Source: Eledone cirrhosa (lineage: Eukaryota). Taken from it: 64,000 nucleotides of DNA. Positions within the stretch are counted from its first letter, which is position 1. Each line of letters begins with the position of its first letter. Location: contig OZ024743.1 in the NCBI GenBank assembly GCA_964016885.1, positions 91,946,001-92,010,000 on the forward strand. Reading direction: 5' to 3'. The position numbers were made by a program, and so were the translations under genes. Under the pieces are notes generated by a model. It worked only from the letters and a program-made list of their open reading frames with translations. It made no database searches and was not told where the DNA came from. Shown here piece after piece: positions 15,601 through 30,518 of this stretch.

Positions 15601-16059
15601 GTTGTCGAGAATGTCATCGTTTCCTGCTTTCAGGTGAAACAGAGAGGTGTGTGTGTGTGTCTATCTGCAAATGTGCCTGTGTGTGCGTGTAATTATGTCT
15701 ATACGTGTGTGCCTATACATCTATGTGTACGTGTGTGTGTGTATGTATGCGTACGTGCATGTGTGTTTGTGTGTGTCTGTGTATGTCTGTGTCCGTATGT
15801 GTGTTTGCGTTTGTTCAAGTGTGGCTGTGTGTGTGTGTACGTCTGTATATGTATGTGTGTGTTCGTGTGTGACTGTGTGTGTGTGTGTGTGTACGTCTGT
15901 ATATGTATGTGTGTGTTCGTGTGTGACTGTGTGTGTGTGTGTGTACGTCTGTATATGTATGTGTGTGTTCGTGTGTGACTCTGTGTGTGTGTGTGTGCAT
16001 GTGTGTGTTTATTTGTATCTGTGTATATGTGTTTCCGTGTGATCGTGTGTGACTGTGTG

Positions 16060-16103
<44 letters not shown>

Positions 16104-16144
16104 CGTGTGTGTGTGTGTGTGTGTGTGTGCGTGCGTGCGTGCGC

Positions 16145-16256
<112 letters not shown>

Positions 16257-17589
16257 CTCTGTGTTACAGTGTATGTGGTTGTAACAGTTACCTCAGTAAG
16301 TTTCCTAGCAATGACTCATGGAAGACAGTCGTAAGCAAATACTTTCACAGCATCCGTCAACATCGTCTGGAGGAGGCGGGGAGTATGGCGCAGATGAGGA
16401 GGCGAGGAGGAAGGGAGGAGGTGTGGGGGTCGGGGGCGAGGGGCACGGAGGAGGAGGAAGAGAGGAGGCGGAGGAGAGGGCTAGAATAATGTAGCCGAGG
16501 GAGGAAGTGAGGGGGGTACTTCGAATAGTTTGGCAAATAGGGGAGGAGGATTGGGACTGGTATGGGTTGGCCAAGAGCGGAGGAGGGGTTTGGAGGTGGG
16601 GTGCGGTGGCAGTAAGATGGGGGTTGGCAGAGGGAGGGGGAGAGAGAGCTGAGAAAGAGGGCGTAGGATAGGAAAGTGTGTAGGGTTCCTGGGTTGACAC
16701 TTAAATAAAACGAATCACTGATCCAGGATTTAATTTGGTAATGTCCCCCTTCGTTCCAAACTTGATGATTTATGGCAGACAGATACAACACGTAAACACA
16801 TCTTTACACTGTATTGTGTGGTGGTGGTGGTGTGGTGTGGTGGTGGTGTGTCGTTGTGGTGGTGGTGGTGGTGCGTGGTGGTGCGTGGTGGTGGTGGTGG
16901 TGTGTCGTTGTGGTGGTGGTGGTGGTGCGTGGTGGTGGTGGTGGTGGTTGTGGTGGTGTGTGGTGGTGGTGGTGTGTCGTTGTGGTGGTGGTGGTGTGTC
17001 GTTGTGGTGGTGGTGGTGGTGGTGGTTGTGGTGGTGTGTGGTAGTGGTGGTTGTAGTGGTTGTGGTGATGGTGTTTGGTAGTGGTGATGGTGGTGGTGGT
17101 GTGTGGTGGTAGTGGTGGTGGTGGTGATGGTGGTGGTGGTGTGTGGTAGTGGTGATGGTGGTGGTGGTGTGTGGTGGTGATGTGTGGTGGTAGTGGTGGT
17201 GGTGATGGTGGTGGTGGTGTATGGTAGTGGTGATGGTGGTGGTGGTGATGGTGGTGGTGGTGGTGTGTGGTGGTAGTGGTGGTGGTGATGGCGGTGGTGA
17301 TGTGCGGTAGTGGTGATGGTGGTGGTGGTGTGTGGTGGTGGTGTGTGGTGGTAGTGGTGGTGGTGATGGCGGTGGTGGTGTGCGGTAGTGGTGATGGTGG
17401 TGGTGGTTGTGGTGGAGGAGGTGGTATGTCGTGGTGGTGTGTATGTGGGCGTATCAGCATGTGTGTGTGTGTGTGAATGTGGTGATAGTGGTGGTAGTAG
17501 TGGTGGCGGTGGTGTGTATATGGGAGCATCAATGTGAGTGTGTGTGTGTGTGGTGATGTATCAGTGTGTCTGTGTGTGTGAGGTCTCTC

Positions 17590-17655
<66 letters not shown>

Positions 17656-17797
17656 CTGGTATCTGTGTGTTATTACCAATTAAGAATGTGTTAGAGGAGG
17701 CAGGGAGAGTCGGAGAAATCTCTCCCCACCCATTTTGTCATTGAAATTGAAATTTGACGATGATGACAGATACAAGAACAACAAGAACAACAATAAT

Positions 17798-18012
17798 GAT
17801 TCCTTCTATAGGCACAGGGCCACCAATTTGAAGAGGGGGGGGGTCGATTAAATCGACCCCAATGTGTGACTGGTACTTTATTTTATCGGCCCCGTAAGGA
17901 TGCAAGTGAAAGCTAATCTCGGAGGGATTTGAACTCAGAATGTAAAGGACCATAACTCTATGCCATAAAGCATGTTGTCCAGCGCTCTACCGATTCTGCC
18001 AATCTTCGCCAC
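17798..18012 (-). mobile_element. SINE family 1 (long-tail variant)
   Basis: Homologous to 193-374, with GTCGATTAAATCGACCCC tail. Confidence 0.85.
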
Positions 18013-18081
18013 TAGGACACAAGATGAATGGGACATTGCAAGGATAGGTAACATAGAGCGAGGGAGGTTTATGATGATTTT

Positions 18082-18152
<71 letters not shown>

Positions 18153-18169
18153 CACAAAATAAACGAAAT

Positions 18170-18560
18170 GCATAAGAAGAGGCATCTTCCTGGGAGACTC
18201 ATATAAACCCTTCCCTCTGCAGTTTTCACTAACTCTTGTCTCATTAACAAATCTGTTGAATGGAACCAGCAATGTTTATAGATTATACGTACAAGGAACA
18301 GACAATAAACCACCTCCTCTAAATATAGGGATGGTTTTAAAATATTTACAATGGCGAATACCCAGCTGGAAAAGATACTAAAAGTTGTTCATAAAATTCA
18401 ACAAAGACATAAAGATGATGATGAGTATGACATTGAACGAATGTGCCAAAGCTGCGATTTAAAGAGACAAATTAACTAAAAATGAGAGATATTAGTTTAG
18501 AAACAAACTGCGAAATCAGAGAATTAAATCAGAACCACTTATAATACAGATAGTTAGGAG
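18170..18560 (+). pseudogene. Degenerate reverse transcriptase fragment, R4/Dong-like non-LTR element
   Basis: Broken frames read GIFLGDS...LTNLLN...QLEKILKVVHK...ECAKA...DISLETNCEIRELNQN, resembling the GIFQGDSLSP...KCA...YKYLG region of R4-type RT. Confidence 0.65.
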
Positions 18561-18654
18561 TGTGTATGTATGTATGTATGTATGTATGTATGTATGTATG
18601 TATGTATGTATGTATGTATGTATGTATGTATGTTTGTATGTATGTATGTATGTC

Positions 18655-19260
18655 AGGTCACCAGTTGGTGCTACTGGTAACATGTATCCCAGTACAACCT
18701 GTCCCATGGTCGGGTCGTTGGCGACTAAACTGGCAACCCCACCAAGGTTTCTTGGTGAGGAGGGTGACTTTGGACATCCTGCAGGAGTAAAAACAAAACC
18801 TGTCAAAGGGCAAATGAGCTCTTAAGAGTCAATGGCCATCCAAAATCACCGAGAGAGATGACCCCTTAGCCTTTATCAAGGCAGAATTCTAGGAGAAGAA
18901 AAACTCTGATATAACACCTGCAACCCTGATGGTATCCAATGATGTTGACTTGTTTTTCTTTTTGGTAAATATCATCTTGGTTAAGAGAGTGGGACTGGCT
19001 TTGTGCAGTGCCTTTGCTCACTATAAAAGCTTCACGGCACAGGCATTGCTTTATATCTGGAGATCTCTCTGCACTTGTCGTCACATGGTACCATGAGCCC
19101 CGCACTATGTGTCAATAATTGTCACAAGTGTAGTGTTTGTACCAGAGTTTTCAAGTCGCTGGCTAGACTAAAAAGTCACACTCGTTCAGCGCATCGGTAG
19201 GGGTTCTCCTACATGGATATAAAGTAGTGGCCGTACTCGAAAACGAGTTGGCAGCCACCA
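18655..19260 (+). mobile_element. RTE-derived non-autonomous retroelement (longest copy)
   Basis: About 600 bp, no RT, C2H2 finger remnant at 3' end, (ATGT)n tail, inserted in (TATG)n; copies at 11486 and 43926. Confidence 0.75.
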
Positions 19261-19269
19261 TGTATGTAT

Positions 19270-19727
19270 GTAAACCGTAAATATTACCCTCCTCACCAAG
19301 CTTGCATGGTGAGGAGGGTAATATTTGAACATCCTGTGGGATGAAATACAAGACCCGGCAAAGGGTGGAGGAACTCAGCATAGTCAACGGCCATCCAAAT
19401 AGTATTTTTTTCCCCACCTAGGGGTGAAAGCCCCCCCCCCCCCCCACCTTTCTAAGAGAGAGAAACTCTGAAAAATAACCTGCGGCTTCGGAAGCATCCG
19501 ATGATGTTGATAAGTTCTCCTTTTTGGGTAGTGTTTGTTTTCGATGCTCAGAGAGTGGGATTGGTCGAGTGCAAGGCCTGTCCCCACTGAAAAAAACTTC
19601 AAAGCACAGGCATTGCTTGTTCAGGCTCTGTTACAGGTTCATGTGGCTGGCCGTAGCCTAAAAGTACACCATTTTCTTTATTCTGATAAGCGATTGCAAT
19701 ACTCTTAGCAGAGTTTGCAGCCATCAT
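19270..19727 (+). mobile_element. Related RTE-derived element (second subfamily)
   Basis: Shares GGTGAGGAGGGT..ACATCCTG, GTCAACGGCCATCCAAA, GAGAGTGGGA, GCACAGGCATTGCTT and GAGTTTGCAGCCATC(ATGT)n with 18655-19260. Confidence 0.65.
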
Positions 19728-21982
19728 GTATGTATGTATGTATGTATGTATGTATGTATGTATGTATGTATGTATGTATGTGTGCATGGATGGTTGGATG
19801 GATGAATGGATGGATGTATGAAACATCTGAGGGGGAGGGGAAAGTCGATTAAATCGACCCCAGTACATTACTGGTTTAACGATCCCGTAAGCACATTTTA
19901 TCGATCCCGTAAGAATGAAAGGCAAAGCTAACCTCGGCAGGATTTGAACTCAGAACATAGAGCCGTAATCAAGCGATAAAAGAAACAACAGCTGTAGAAT
20001 TACGAAGTATCTGTGAGATTCGATTAACAGGAGAGTCACTGCTGTACGGTTAACAAAATAACAACTTGTTTACAGAAGACTGCGGAACAAATTGGACAAA
20101 AGATATCTTTACATTTAATATATTTCAATATGGCCGCCACTAGAGTTCATTGTGGTCACGTGTTACGCTACCATTAAGATCAAGATGTTTTTTGCTATGT
20201 ATGTAGTGGTAAAAAGAAAAGAACGAACACACACAAACACATATTCATAAAATGTACTCACAACACATTCTGTGAAGCAAATAGAGAAACATCCTGGTAG
20301 AGAAAGAAACTCATGTATACACACAGATACATACATGCATACATATATACAGACACATATATATATATACAGACATACATGCACACAGACATATATGCAC
20401 AGACAGACATACATACAAACGCAGAGATACATACACTGACATACGTATATGCACAGACAAACATACATACACAGACATACATACACAGAGACAAACGTAT
20501 ATATAGACATATATGTATACAAACAGAAACAGAAACACGCGTGTTTATATGCAAACATATATGTATACACACTCATACACACACATAATGCATACATACA
20601 TACACACATACATACAGACATACATACACATATACATACATGCATATATACATACGTACACACATACATACAAACATGCATACATGCACATAATGCATAC
20701 ATACATACACATATACATACATGCATGCATACATACATACATACGTACACACATACATACATACACACATACACACATATACATACATACATACACACAT
20801 ACATACATACACACATACATACACACATACATACATACATACACACATACATACATACACACATACACACATACATACATGCATACATACATACATACAT
20901 ACATACATACATACATACATACATACATACATACATACATACATACATACATACATACATACACACATACACACATACATACACACACACACATACATAC
21001 ATACTAACGCTCGACGTTTTTAAGAAGAAAAAAAGTCTCATTTTCTCGTTTAACCGTAAAAGCCGAGCAATAAACGGGATTGGAACAGGAAAAATCTCTG
21101 AAAGGAATTTTTGTCGTTCTTTATAACTATTCTTTTACGGTGATTTCCAAATATGCTATAAGAGAGAGATAGATAGCGAGGGGGGTGAAAGAGAGAGATA
21201 GAGAGAGTGGAAGTAAGGGAGTTAAAGAGAAGACGAGAGAGAGGGGCGAAGGAACGAGAAAGAAAAAGAGAGAGGGAAAGAGAAAGAGACTTAGGGGGTG
21301 AAAGAGAAGGGAAGAGAGAGGGAAGGAAAGTGAAAATTAGAGGGAGAGCAAGAGAGTAGGAAAATGAGGGAGAGAAAAGAGAGGGGGAAGAGAGAGGAAG
21401 TTATGATATTAAAGAGAAGGCAACAGAGGGGAAGAGAGAGAGAGAGCGAGTTAGTAAATTAAAGTGAATGTGAGAGAGGAGGGAGAAAGTTAGAGGGAGA
21501 GAAAACGATAGAGAGAAAAAAAGAGAGTTACGGAATTAAAGAGAATGTGAGAGAGGGGGAAGGAAAGATAAAGTTAGAGGGAGAGAAAGTGACGGGGGGG
21601 GGGAGAAGAAGGAGAGAAGAGGGAGAGAGTTTTAACGGGAGTGATTTTTGCCTTGTTTCATAGCGATTTGTTTACAGGGATCTCCGAATAAACTATGAGA
21701 GAGTGAGAGAGTAGAGAGAGAGGGAGATACGGAGAAAGAGAGAGAGAGAAGGAAGAGTGGGAGAGAAAAAGAGGGAGAAAGAGGATGAGCGAGTGAGAAA
21801 GAGGAAACGAGTGTGTGAGAAAGAGAGGGTGAGGACGAGTGATGAGAGAGGGAGAGAGAGAGAGTGGGGGTAATGACGACTGAGAGAGAGAGAGAAAGTG
21901 ATAACGAAGGAAAAGAAAAAGTGAGAGAGGAGGAGAAGGAAGAAACAACGAGAAGTAGAAAGAAGAAGAGGAGATGATGATA

Positions 21983-22168
21983 ATAATTGTTTCTACTTTT
22001 GGCACAAGGCCAGCAATTACACAGTGTATTACTGGTACTTTATTTTATCGACCCCGTAAGTATGAAAGGCAAAGTTAACCTCGGCGGGATTTGAACTCAG
22101 AACATAAAGGGCCGTAACTCTATGCCGCAAAGCATGATGTCTGACGCTCTACCGATACTGCCAATTCA
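21983..22168 (-). mobile_element. SINE family 1
   Basis: Homologous to 193-374. Confidence 0.9.
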
Positions 22169-22396
22169 CAATAATGATGTTTTGCAGCCAGCCATAGTAA
22201 TGACTTTAGTAACATCACTACACACTTCCATATCTCAGAGAAACACACACACACACAACAACCACTAATACTACTACTACTACTACTACTCCACTACTAC
22301 TGCCGCCGCCACCACCACCTCTACTACTACTACTACTACTACTGCCACCACCACAACCATCACCGACACAACAACCACTACTACTACTACAACTAT

Positions 22397-22437
<41 letters not shown>

Positions 22438-22854
22438 TGACAACAAGTCATTGGAAGAGTTTCTACATGATCTCTGGAAATAGCAGTCAAAACTCCTTTA
22501 AATAACACCATTACAATATTGAAAGGAAGGGTACATATTGGATAATGTAGGTTGAAAAACGACGGAATGACTAGAACCCCTTGGATTATATAGATACGCT
22601 GGTTTCTGGTCTGTCATGTTAATAGTTATTCGAGATTTCTTCTTTGAATATAGATTGAATTTGGTAGAGAGGGGAGTAGATCCGATTAGGTCCACCAGAA
22701 TATTACTGGTACTTCTACTATCGAAGTTACAGCAAATCCGGTCTTCTACAGTTGCTGCCGAGGGAGACTCTACGTGGTTGCTTTACCTTCGCGAAAAAGC
22801 AGGAATTCGGTAAAAAGAATTTGCATGGTTAACAGTGTAAAATGGTTTCAACAC

Positions 22855-23148
22855 GGAAGCGAACCCACATCGCCAAATCCACTTGCTCTGACCTTTTCTC
22901 TGTCTCATTACTGTTTCCCCCAATGGATTACCGAAAATTAGTGATTGAGTTTCACAATAAATAAACATCCTGTGTTTTCTCAGAAATAGGATGAGGCTAG
23001 GAAGCGAACCCACATCACCAAATCGACTTGCTCTGACCTTTTCTGTCTCATTATTGCTTTCCCCCAGTGGATTACCGAAAATTAGTGATTGAGTTTTACA
23101 ATAAATAAACATCCTGTGTTTTCTCAGAAATAGGATGAGGCTAGGAAG
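22855..23148. repeat. About 145-bp tandem duplication of otherwise unique sequence
   Basis: GGAAGCGAACCCACATC...GGATGAGGCTAGGAAG occurs twice. Confidence 0.9.
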
Positions 23149-23395
23149 TATATTTCAGCTTTTCTCACGGGAACTTGGTGCCGCCAATGAACCAAAATAG
23201 TGTCAGTCAACACTAGAGACTACGTTGAGGACTTTTCATGCCACACCATTTCAAAGTATGGCAATATTCCTTATTTCTGATCTAGCAGAGAGAATTATAA
23301 CCCGACGACGATCGAAATGTTATGTCAGCAATACTCCCAAAGATGGAGAACAGGGATCGCCATAAACTGATCTCTTTCATTGTATCTCCACCTCA

Positions 23396-23435
<40 letters not shown>

Positions 23436-23497
23436 CTCTCTCTCTATCTCTCTCTCTCTCTATCTCTCTCTCTGTTTGTACACACATATATATATAT

Positions 23498-23696
23498 ATA
23501 GGAAAAGAGTTAGGACCCCGACGGCTGAGCTCCTGCCGTTTCGACAGCTAGATCTAGCCGTTAGGATCTAGCTGTCGAAACGGCCGGAGCTCATCCGTCG
23601 GTGTCCTGACTCTTTTCTATTGCACACTCTACTACCCTATGTATTGAGTACTCTGGTGCGTTATAGTCTACTTGGTATCTTACCACATCGTCTTTG

Positions 23697-23700
<4 letters not shown>
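23498..23700 (+). mobile_element. Fold-back PLE terminus, HHR family B variant
   Basis: Arms GACCCCGACGGCTGAGCTCCTGCCGTTTCGACAGCTAGATC / GATCTAGCTGTCGAAACGGCCGGAGCTCATCCGTCGGTGTC plus family B tail, within (TA)n. Confidence 0.85.
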
Positions 23701-23732
<32 letters not shown>

Positions 23733-23736
<4 letters not shown>

Positions 23737-24367
23737 TGGTTACACAACAGTTAGTTCACCATACCGAGAACAATTGTTTCACCTTAGCGAATCCTCAGCT
23801 CGTAATTTTGACGACAAAATTACAGGCATCCATAACACCTTCAACCTGAAATCGAGAGCCTACCCTCCTAAGGTAACTGAACTTGCTCCTTTCGAGGCGG
23901 ACCTTCTTGACTTAGTCGCTAACATTTCCTTTCGCAAACACCCTAACACCTTTCAAACTATACTTAGAAATGATATTAAGAAATTTAGGTCTTCTAATAA
24001 CACTTTCGTTCTTTCCGACAAAACTAATAATATTTACGAAGTCGACAACACCACTTTCCGCCACCTGGCCCATAATGCTATTACTTCTAAATATAAGAAA
24101 GCTAACCTTATGGCATACCACGACATTAATACAGAAGCCAAAGAACTTGCCGTCGCCCTTAAGGTGGATAAGCTACAATCTCTAGCTAAGCGGGAGGCGT
24201 TCCTCACCATGAAAGATCACAAGGATTACGAGCTGAGGATCCGCTAAGGTGAAACAATTGTTCTCAGTATGGTGAACTAACTGTTGTGTAACCACTTCTA
24301 CCTAACTCGTCCCATGGACTGAGTGCTCTACCACTACTGATATTACCTTCCAGTGTTCTACCACTAT
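23733..24367 (+). mobile_element. Internally deleted Naiad-type Penelope-like element with inverted HHR ends
   Basis: ORF piece PPKVTELAPFEADLLDLVANISFR...SDKTNNIYEV...AFLTMKDHKD (N-terminal/pre-RT region) between inverted repeats 23733-23805 and 24226-24298; (TA)n flanks. Confidence 0.85.
24229..24265 (+). ncRNA. Type I hammerhead ribozyme (Naiad family); mirror copy 23764-23803 (-)
   Basis: GAG CTGAGGA tCC gctaa GGt GAA ACAATTGT T^CTC: stem I GAG/CTC, palindromic stem III. Confidence 0.8.
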
Positions 24368-24376
24368 ATATATATA

Positions 24377-24568
24377 CGTTATTCCGGGTTGAATCGGAGG
24401 TAACCACAGTAAGTAAGGTACTCAATACATAGCAGAGTATAAATGTTTTAATATAGAAGAGCTTCTACAGTGCTAGAACTGTTTCATTCATGAGAAATCA
24501 TCAGGAAGCTTCTGATGATTTCTCACGAATGAAACAATTCTAGTCCTGTAGAAGCCCTTCTATATTAA
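24377..24568 (-). mobile_element. Fold-back PLE terminus, HHR family A, complete ribozyme on minus strand (24460-24514)
   Basis: Minus: AGCTTC CTGATGA TTTC tcat GAAT GAA ACAG ttctagca CTGT A^GAAGCT. Confidence 0.85.
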
Positions 24569-24625
24569 TATATATATATAAACAAGAGGTATAAGACTAC
24601 ATTTCATAATTTACTTCTTTTATTT

Positions 24626-24682
24626 CCGTTATATATATTTCGATGAAAGCCACAATTCAACAGCTATGACCTCTTCAGACAG
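24626..24682 (-). ncRNA. Type I hammerhead ribozyme (family K)
   Basis: Minus: CTGT CTGAAGA GGT...ATC GAA ATATATAT A^ACGG. Confidence 0.75.
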
Positions 24683-24738
24683 TTGGAAGCAACACATAGA
24701 AAAGATAACGTTTATCTTGGAGAAAATAATATCAGAGA

Positions 24739-24810
<72 letters not shown>

Positions 24811-24832
24811 ATATATATTTATTATAGATGTG

Positions 24833-24873
<41 letters not shown>

Positions 24874-24894
24874 ATGTGTGTGTATGTGTGTATG

Positions 24895-24968
<74 letters not shown>

Positions 24969-24994
24969 TATGTATGTATATATATATTTATTAT

Positions 24995-25048
<54 letters not shown>

Positions 25049-25052
<4 letters not shown>

Positions 25053-25232
25053 GAGCTTCTACAGGACTAGAACTGTTTCATTCGTGAGAAATCATCAGGA
25101 GCTTCCTGATGATTTCTCACGAATGAAACAGTTCTAGTCCTGCAGAAGCTTTTCTATATTAAAACATGTATACTCTGCTATATATTGAGTACCTTACTTA
25201 CTGTGGTTACCTCCGATTCAACCCGGAATAAC
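25049..25232 (+). mobile_element. Fold-back PLE terminus, HHR family A
   Basis: Palindrome centred on AGCT at about 25100; CTGATGA...GAAAC on both strands; plus-strand cleavage triplet mutated GTA>GCA. Confidence 0.85.
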
Positions 25233-25432
25233 GTATATATGTATATATATAAAATCTTTTCGTTGCTCTGGTGATGCGGCTGGACTGCCGATCGCTATAT
25301 TTGATTTGCTAAGCTGTCTAAACGTATTGTTATTACTCTGGGTTACTTCCCCATCCGAGTGCTAAAGCTACATACCGAATTTGCATTCGTTAGCTTGGCC
25401 GCGAACTAAAGCTTCGTTAATGCTGTACTAAA

Positions 25433-25461
<29 letters not shown>

Positions 25462-25463
<2 letters not shown>

Positions 25464-25659
25464 ACGAAGGAAATGTGGTAAGGAACCAGGTGGACCATAA
25501 CGCACCAAAGTACTCAATACTTGGGGTAGTAGAGTAGGTAATAGGAACCAGTAAGACCCCTTGAGAAGATCGGCTATTTAAATACCAGGATAAATTTTCA
25601 TTTAGTCCAGAATTAGCCGTCGAAACGGCTTGAGCTCAGCTGTCGGGGTCTTACTGGTT

Positions 25660-25664
<5 letters not shown>
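25462..25664. mobile_element. Fold-back PLE terminus, HHR family B
   Basis: Reversed tail followed by a full forward ribozyme; within (TA)n. Confidence 0.85.
25554..25651 (+). ncRNA. Type I hammerhead ribozyme with U3-A8 core (family B)
   Basis: AGACCCC TTGAGAA GAtCGGCTA...TAGCCGTC GAA ACGGCT tgagctc AGCTGT C^GGGGTCT. Confidence 0.85.
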
Positions 25665-25713
<49 letters not shown>

Positions 25714-25934
25714 GTATTTTTACGAAGCGTTGAGTGAATTATGAATTTTAAATGTATGTTCACTTCAAGTTAACTACTTCAACACAGGTGTTTTTGACTA
25801 TGAAAAATAGTCAAACAGTTCAGAATATGAGACTCTAGAGATGTCTTAAGTGAAAAACACTTATGTTAAAGATGTTAGCTTTAAACTAATATACGTTCAA
25901 GATATATATACATAGAAGATGATGATGATGATAC

Positions 25935-25997
<63 letters not shown>

Positions 25998-27335
25998 TTC
26001 ATCTGTATTATATATGTATATACATATATTCATCTGTATTATATATGTATATATATATATGTGTGTGTCTGTATGCCGGTGTGTCTGTGTGTATACATGG
26101 ATAATATTCATTGGAAGCTCAACGGTCAAGCTTAAACCGTTCCTTTCTACACTGCCTCTTTACAATACCGAGTACACAATTGCGCATATGTTTGTACACT
26201 TACATACATACACACACCTAACACATACATACCAATACACATGTACACATACATACACATACGCATGTACACATACATACCCACACATATGTACACATAC
26301 ATACCAACACACACGTACACATACATACCAATACACATGTACACATAGACACAACATATGCCAAAACATATGTACACATACATACACACACCTTACACAT
26401 ACCTACCAATACATATGTACACATACATACACACACATATGTACACATACATACACACACACCTGACACATACATACTCACACACATGTACACATACATA
26501 CCAACACACACGTACACACACATTACACATACATACCCACACATACATACCAACACGTACACATACATACACACACCTTATAACCACATATATAACCACA
26601 CACATATATGACCACACACATGTACACATACATACACACACATTACACATATATACACACACCTTACACATACATACCCACACACATGTACACATACATA
26701 CCAACACACACGTACAAACACATATACACACCTTACACATACATACCAACACACACGTATAAACACATACACACACCTTACACATACATATCCACACACA
26801 TGTACACATACATACACACACCTTATAACCACATATATAACCACACGCATATATGACCACACACATGTACACATACATACACACACATTACACATACATA
26901 CACACACCTTACACATACATACCCACACACATGTACACATACATACCAACACACACGTACAAACACATACACACACCTTACACATACATACCCACACACA
27001 TGTACACACACATACGCACACACCTTACACATACATACCCACACACATGTACACATTCATACCCACCAATACTCACCTACTTACATATTTTATTTCACGT
27101 TTTTTTTCCATTCTTCTCACCTGGACACAAATGAGTTGCGCATGTAATTCAAAGATCCGGCATAGTGACAAGGTGTGCCAAGCTGAGTCTCCCTTAGAAC
27201 TGCGTCAACCTTACACATGTCAGCTCAACGCTCATCCACTTGCACGTTCATTTAACGAGCAGGTTATTCTGTTGGTCAAACAACTGAAGCACTCGTCGTC
27301 GTAACTGACGGAGGTCCAATAACAATTGCCTTTAT

Positions 27336-27698
27336 AGTTGTTTCTACTTTAGGCACAAGGCCACCAATTATCCCAGTACATTACTGGTACTTTATTTTAT
27401 CGACCCCGTAAGGATGAAAGGCAAAGTTAACCTCGGCGGGATTTGAACTCAGACCGTCATGGGACGTAACTATGCTAGAAAGCATGGCGTCCAACCCTCT
27501 ACCGATACTGCCAATTCACCGCCCTAATAATTGTTTCTACTATTGACACAAGGCCAGCAATTATCCCAGTACATTACTGGTACTTTATTTCATCGACCCC
27601 GTGAGGATGAAAGGCAAAGTTAACCTCGGCGGGATTTGAACTCAGATCATAAAGGGCCGTAACTCTTTGAATGGCGTCCGACCCTCTACCAATACTGC
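27336..27698 (-). mobile_element. Two tandem SINE family 1 copies
   Basis: Two units homologous to 193-374, preceded by a family 3 tail fragment at 27110-27315. Confidence 0.9.
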
Positions 27699-28036
27699 AT
27701 AATGTTTTGAATAAAAGAAATGTTACTTTTCGTGACCTCGGCTACTCTTGGAAATATTTATTTGATTTTCGGAAATTTTAATTGAATTTAGTTACTTTTT
27801 ATTTTTGTCTGTATGTATGTACGTATGTGTGTATGTGTGTATGTGTGTATGTATGTATGTATACATATGTTTATGTACGTATGTATACATGTATGTATGT
27901 ATGTGGGTAGGTAGGTAGGTATGTATATATATGTATGTATGTACGTATGTATGTATGCATGTTTGTATGTATCTATTGATGGATGTATGTACATACAAAT
28001 ATATGTAAGTATGCGTACATGTATGTATATAATATA

Positions 28037-28084
<48 letters not shown>

Positions 28085-28115
28085 TATATACATATATATA
28101 TACATATATATATAC

Positions 28116-28261
<146 letters not shown>

Positions 28262-28451
28262 ATGATAATTGCATGAATAGTCAAGGTACATTTAACCATT
28301 AAAGAGAAAAGTATGTCTAATATATGTACTGTATATAGTAAAAAATCGTCTGTGTGAAATGATTAATAGCTCCTATTAAAATAATATATATAAAAAATGC
28401 GTGTGTGTGTATGATACATATATATATATATATGTGTGTGTGTGTGTATGC

Positions 28452-28519
<68 letters not shown>

Positions 28520-29997
28520 AATATATATATATAGATATATATATACATGCATACACACATACATACACACATACATACACATGCATACATGCATACATAC
28601 ACACACATACATACACACACATGCATACATGCATATATACATACACACACATGCATGCATACAAACATACATATATACATACACTCACATGCATGCATAC
28701 AAACTTATATATATGCATATATACATACATACATACATACATACATACATACATACATACATACATACATTACATTGCTATACCTATATGTTTATTTTCC
28801 TTTTTTCTCCCTTTCTACCTCTCTCTCACCATCACCGTCACCATCACCGTTACCCTCACCACCACCACCAACCACCACCACCATCACCATCACCACCACC
28901 ACCAACTACCATTACCACCACCACCATCACCATCACCATCACCATCACCAGCACCATCACCAGCACCACCAACTACCATTACCACCACCACCACCATCAC
29001 CATCACCAGCACCACCAACTACCATTACCACCACCACCACCATCACCATCACCAGCACCACCAACTACCATTACCACCACCACCACCACCACCATCACCA
29101 ACCACCATCACCGTCACCATCACCACCACCACCAACCACCATTACCACCACCACCACCACCATCACCATCACCAACCACCATCACCGTCACCATCACCAC
29201 CACCACCAACCACCATTACCACCACCAACACCACCATCACCATCACCACCACCATCACCGCCATCATCACCACCACCACCAACCACCATTACCACCACCA
29301 TCACCACCACCGTCACCACCACCCCACCATTACCACCACCACCACCCACCATCACCACCACCATCATTACCACCACCAAAACCACCACCACAACCAACCA
29401 CCAACCATCATCACCACCTACCACTATCAGAACCACCACCACCACCACCACCACCCACCATCACCCACCACCACCACCACCACCACCACCACCACCACCA
29501 CCATCACCACCACCATCACCACCACCACCACCACCCACCACCACCATCACCACCACCCATCACCCACCACCACCACCACCACCACCCACCACCATCACCC
29601 ACCACCACCATCACCACCACCACCACCACCACCCACCATCGCCACCACCACCACCACCACCCACCATCACTACCACCAACCACCATCTCCACCACCACCA
29701 CCACCACCACCACCACCACCACCACCATCGCCACCACCACCACCACCACCCACCATCACTACCACCAACCACCATCTCCACCGCCGCCGCCACCACCACC
29801 ACCACCACCACCACCACCACCACCACCACCACCACCACCACCACCACCACCACCACCATCGCTTACGCCATTATAATTTGTGAATTCAGAGTAATTGAGT
29901 TTTTTCTATATGATTTCCTCAATTCTTTTTTCAAGCGACATCTACATTTAGCTACACATTACAGTGATGTATGCACTCATATACATATACACAAACA

Positions 29998-30101
<104 letters not shown>

Positions 30102-30258
30102 TGTATGAGAGTGTGAGTATAAATGTGTATGCGTGTGTGCATATATCTGTCAGCGTGTGTTACACACACATATACACATACATATATACACACATATATT
30201 GTGTGTTCTGTTAATATTTCTGGCAATATTATTACAACAATATGACCCTCGCCAAGTA

Positions 30259-30372
<114 letters not shown>

Positions 30373-30401
30373 TATATATATATATATATATAGTGTATAT
30401 A

Positions 30402-30518
<117 letters not shown>

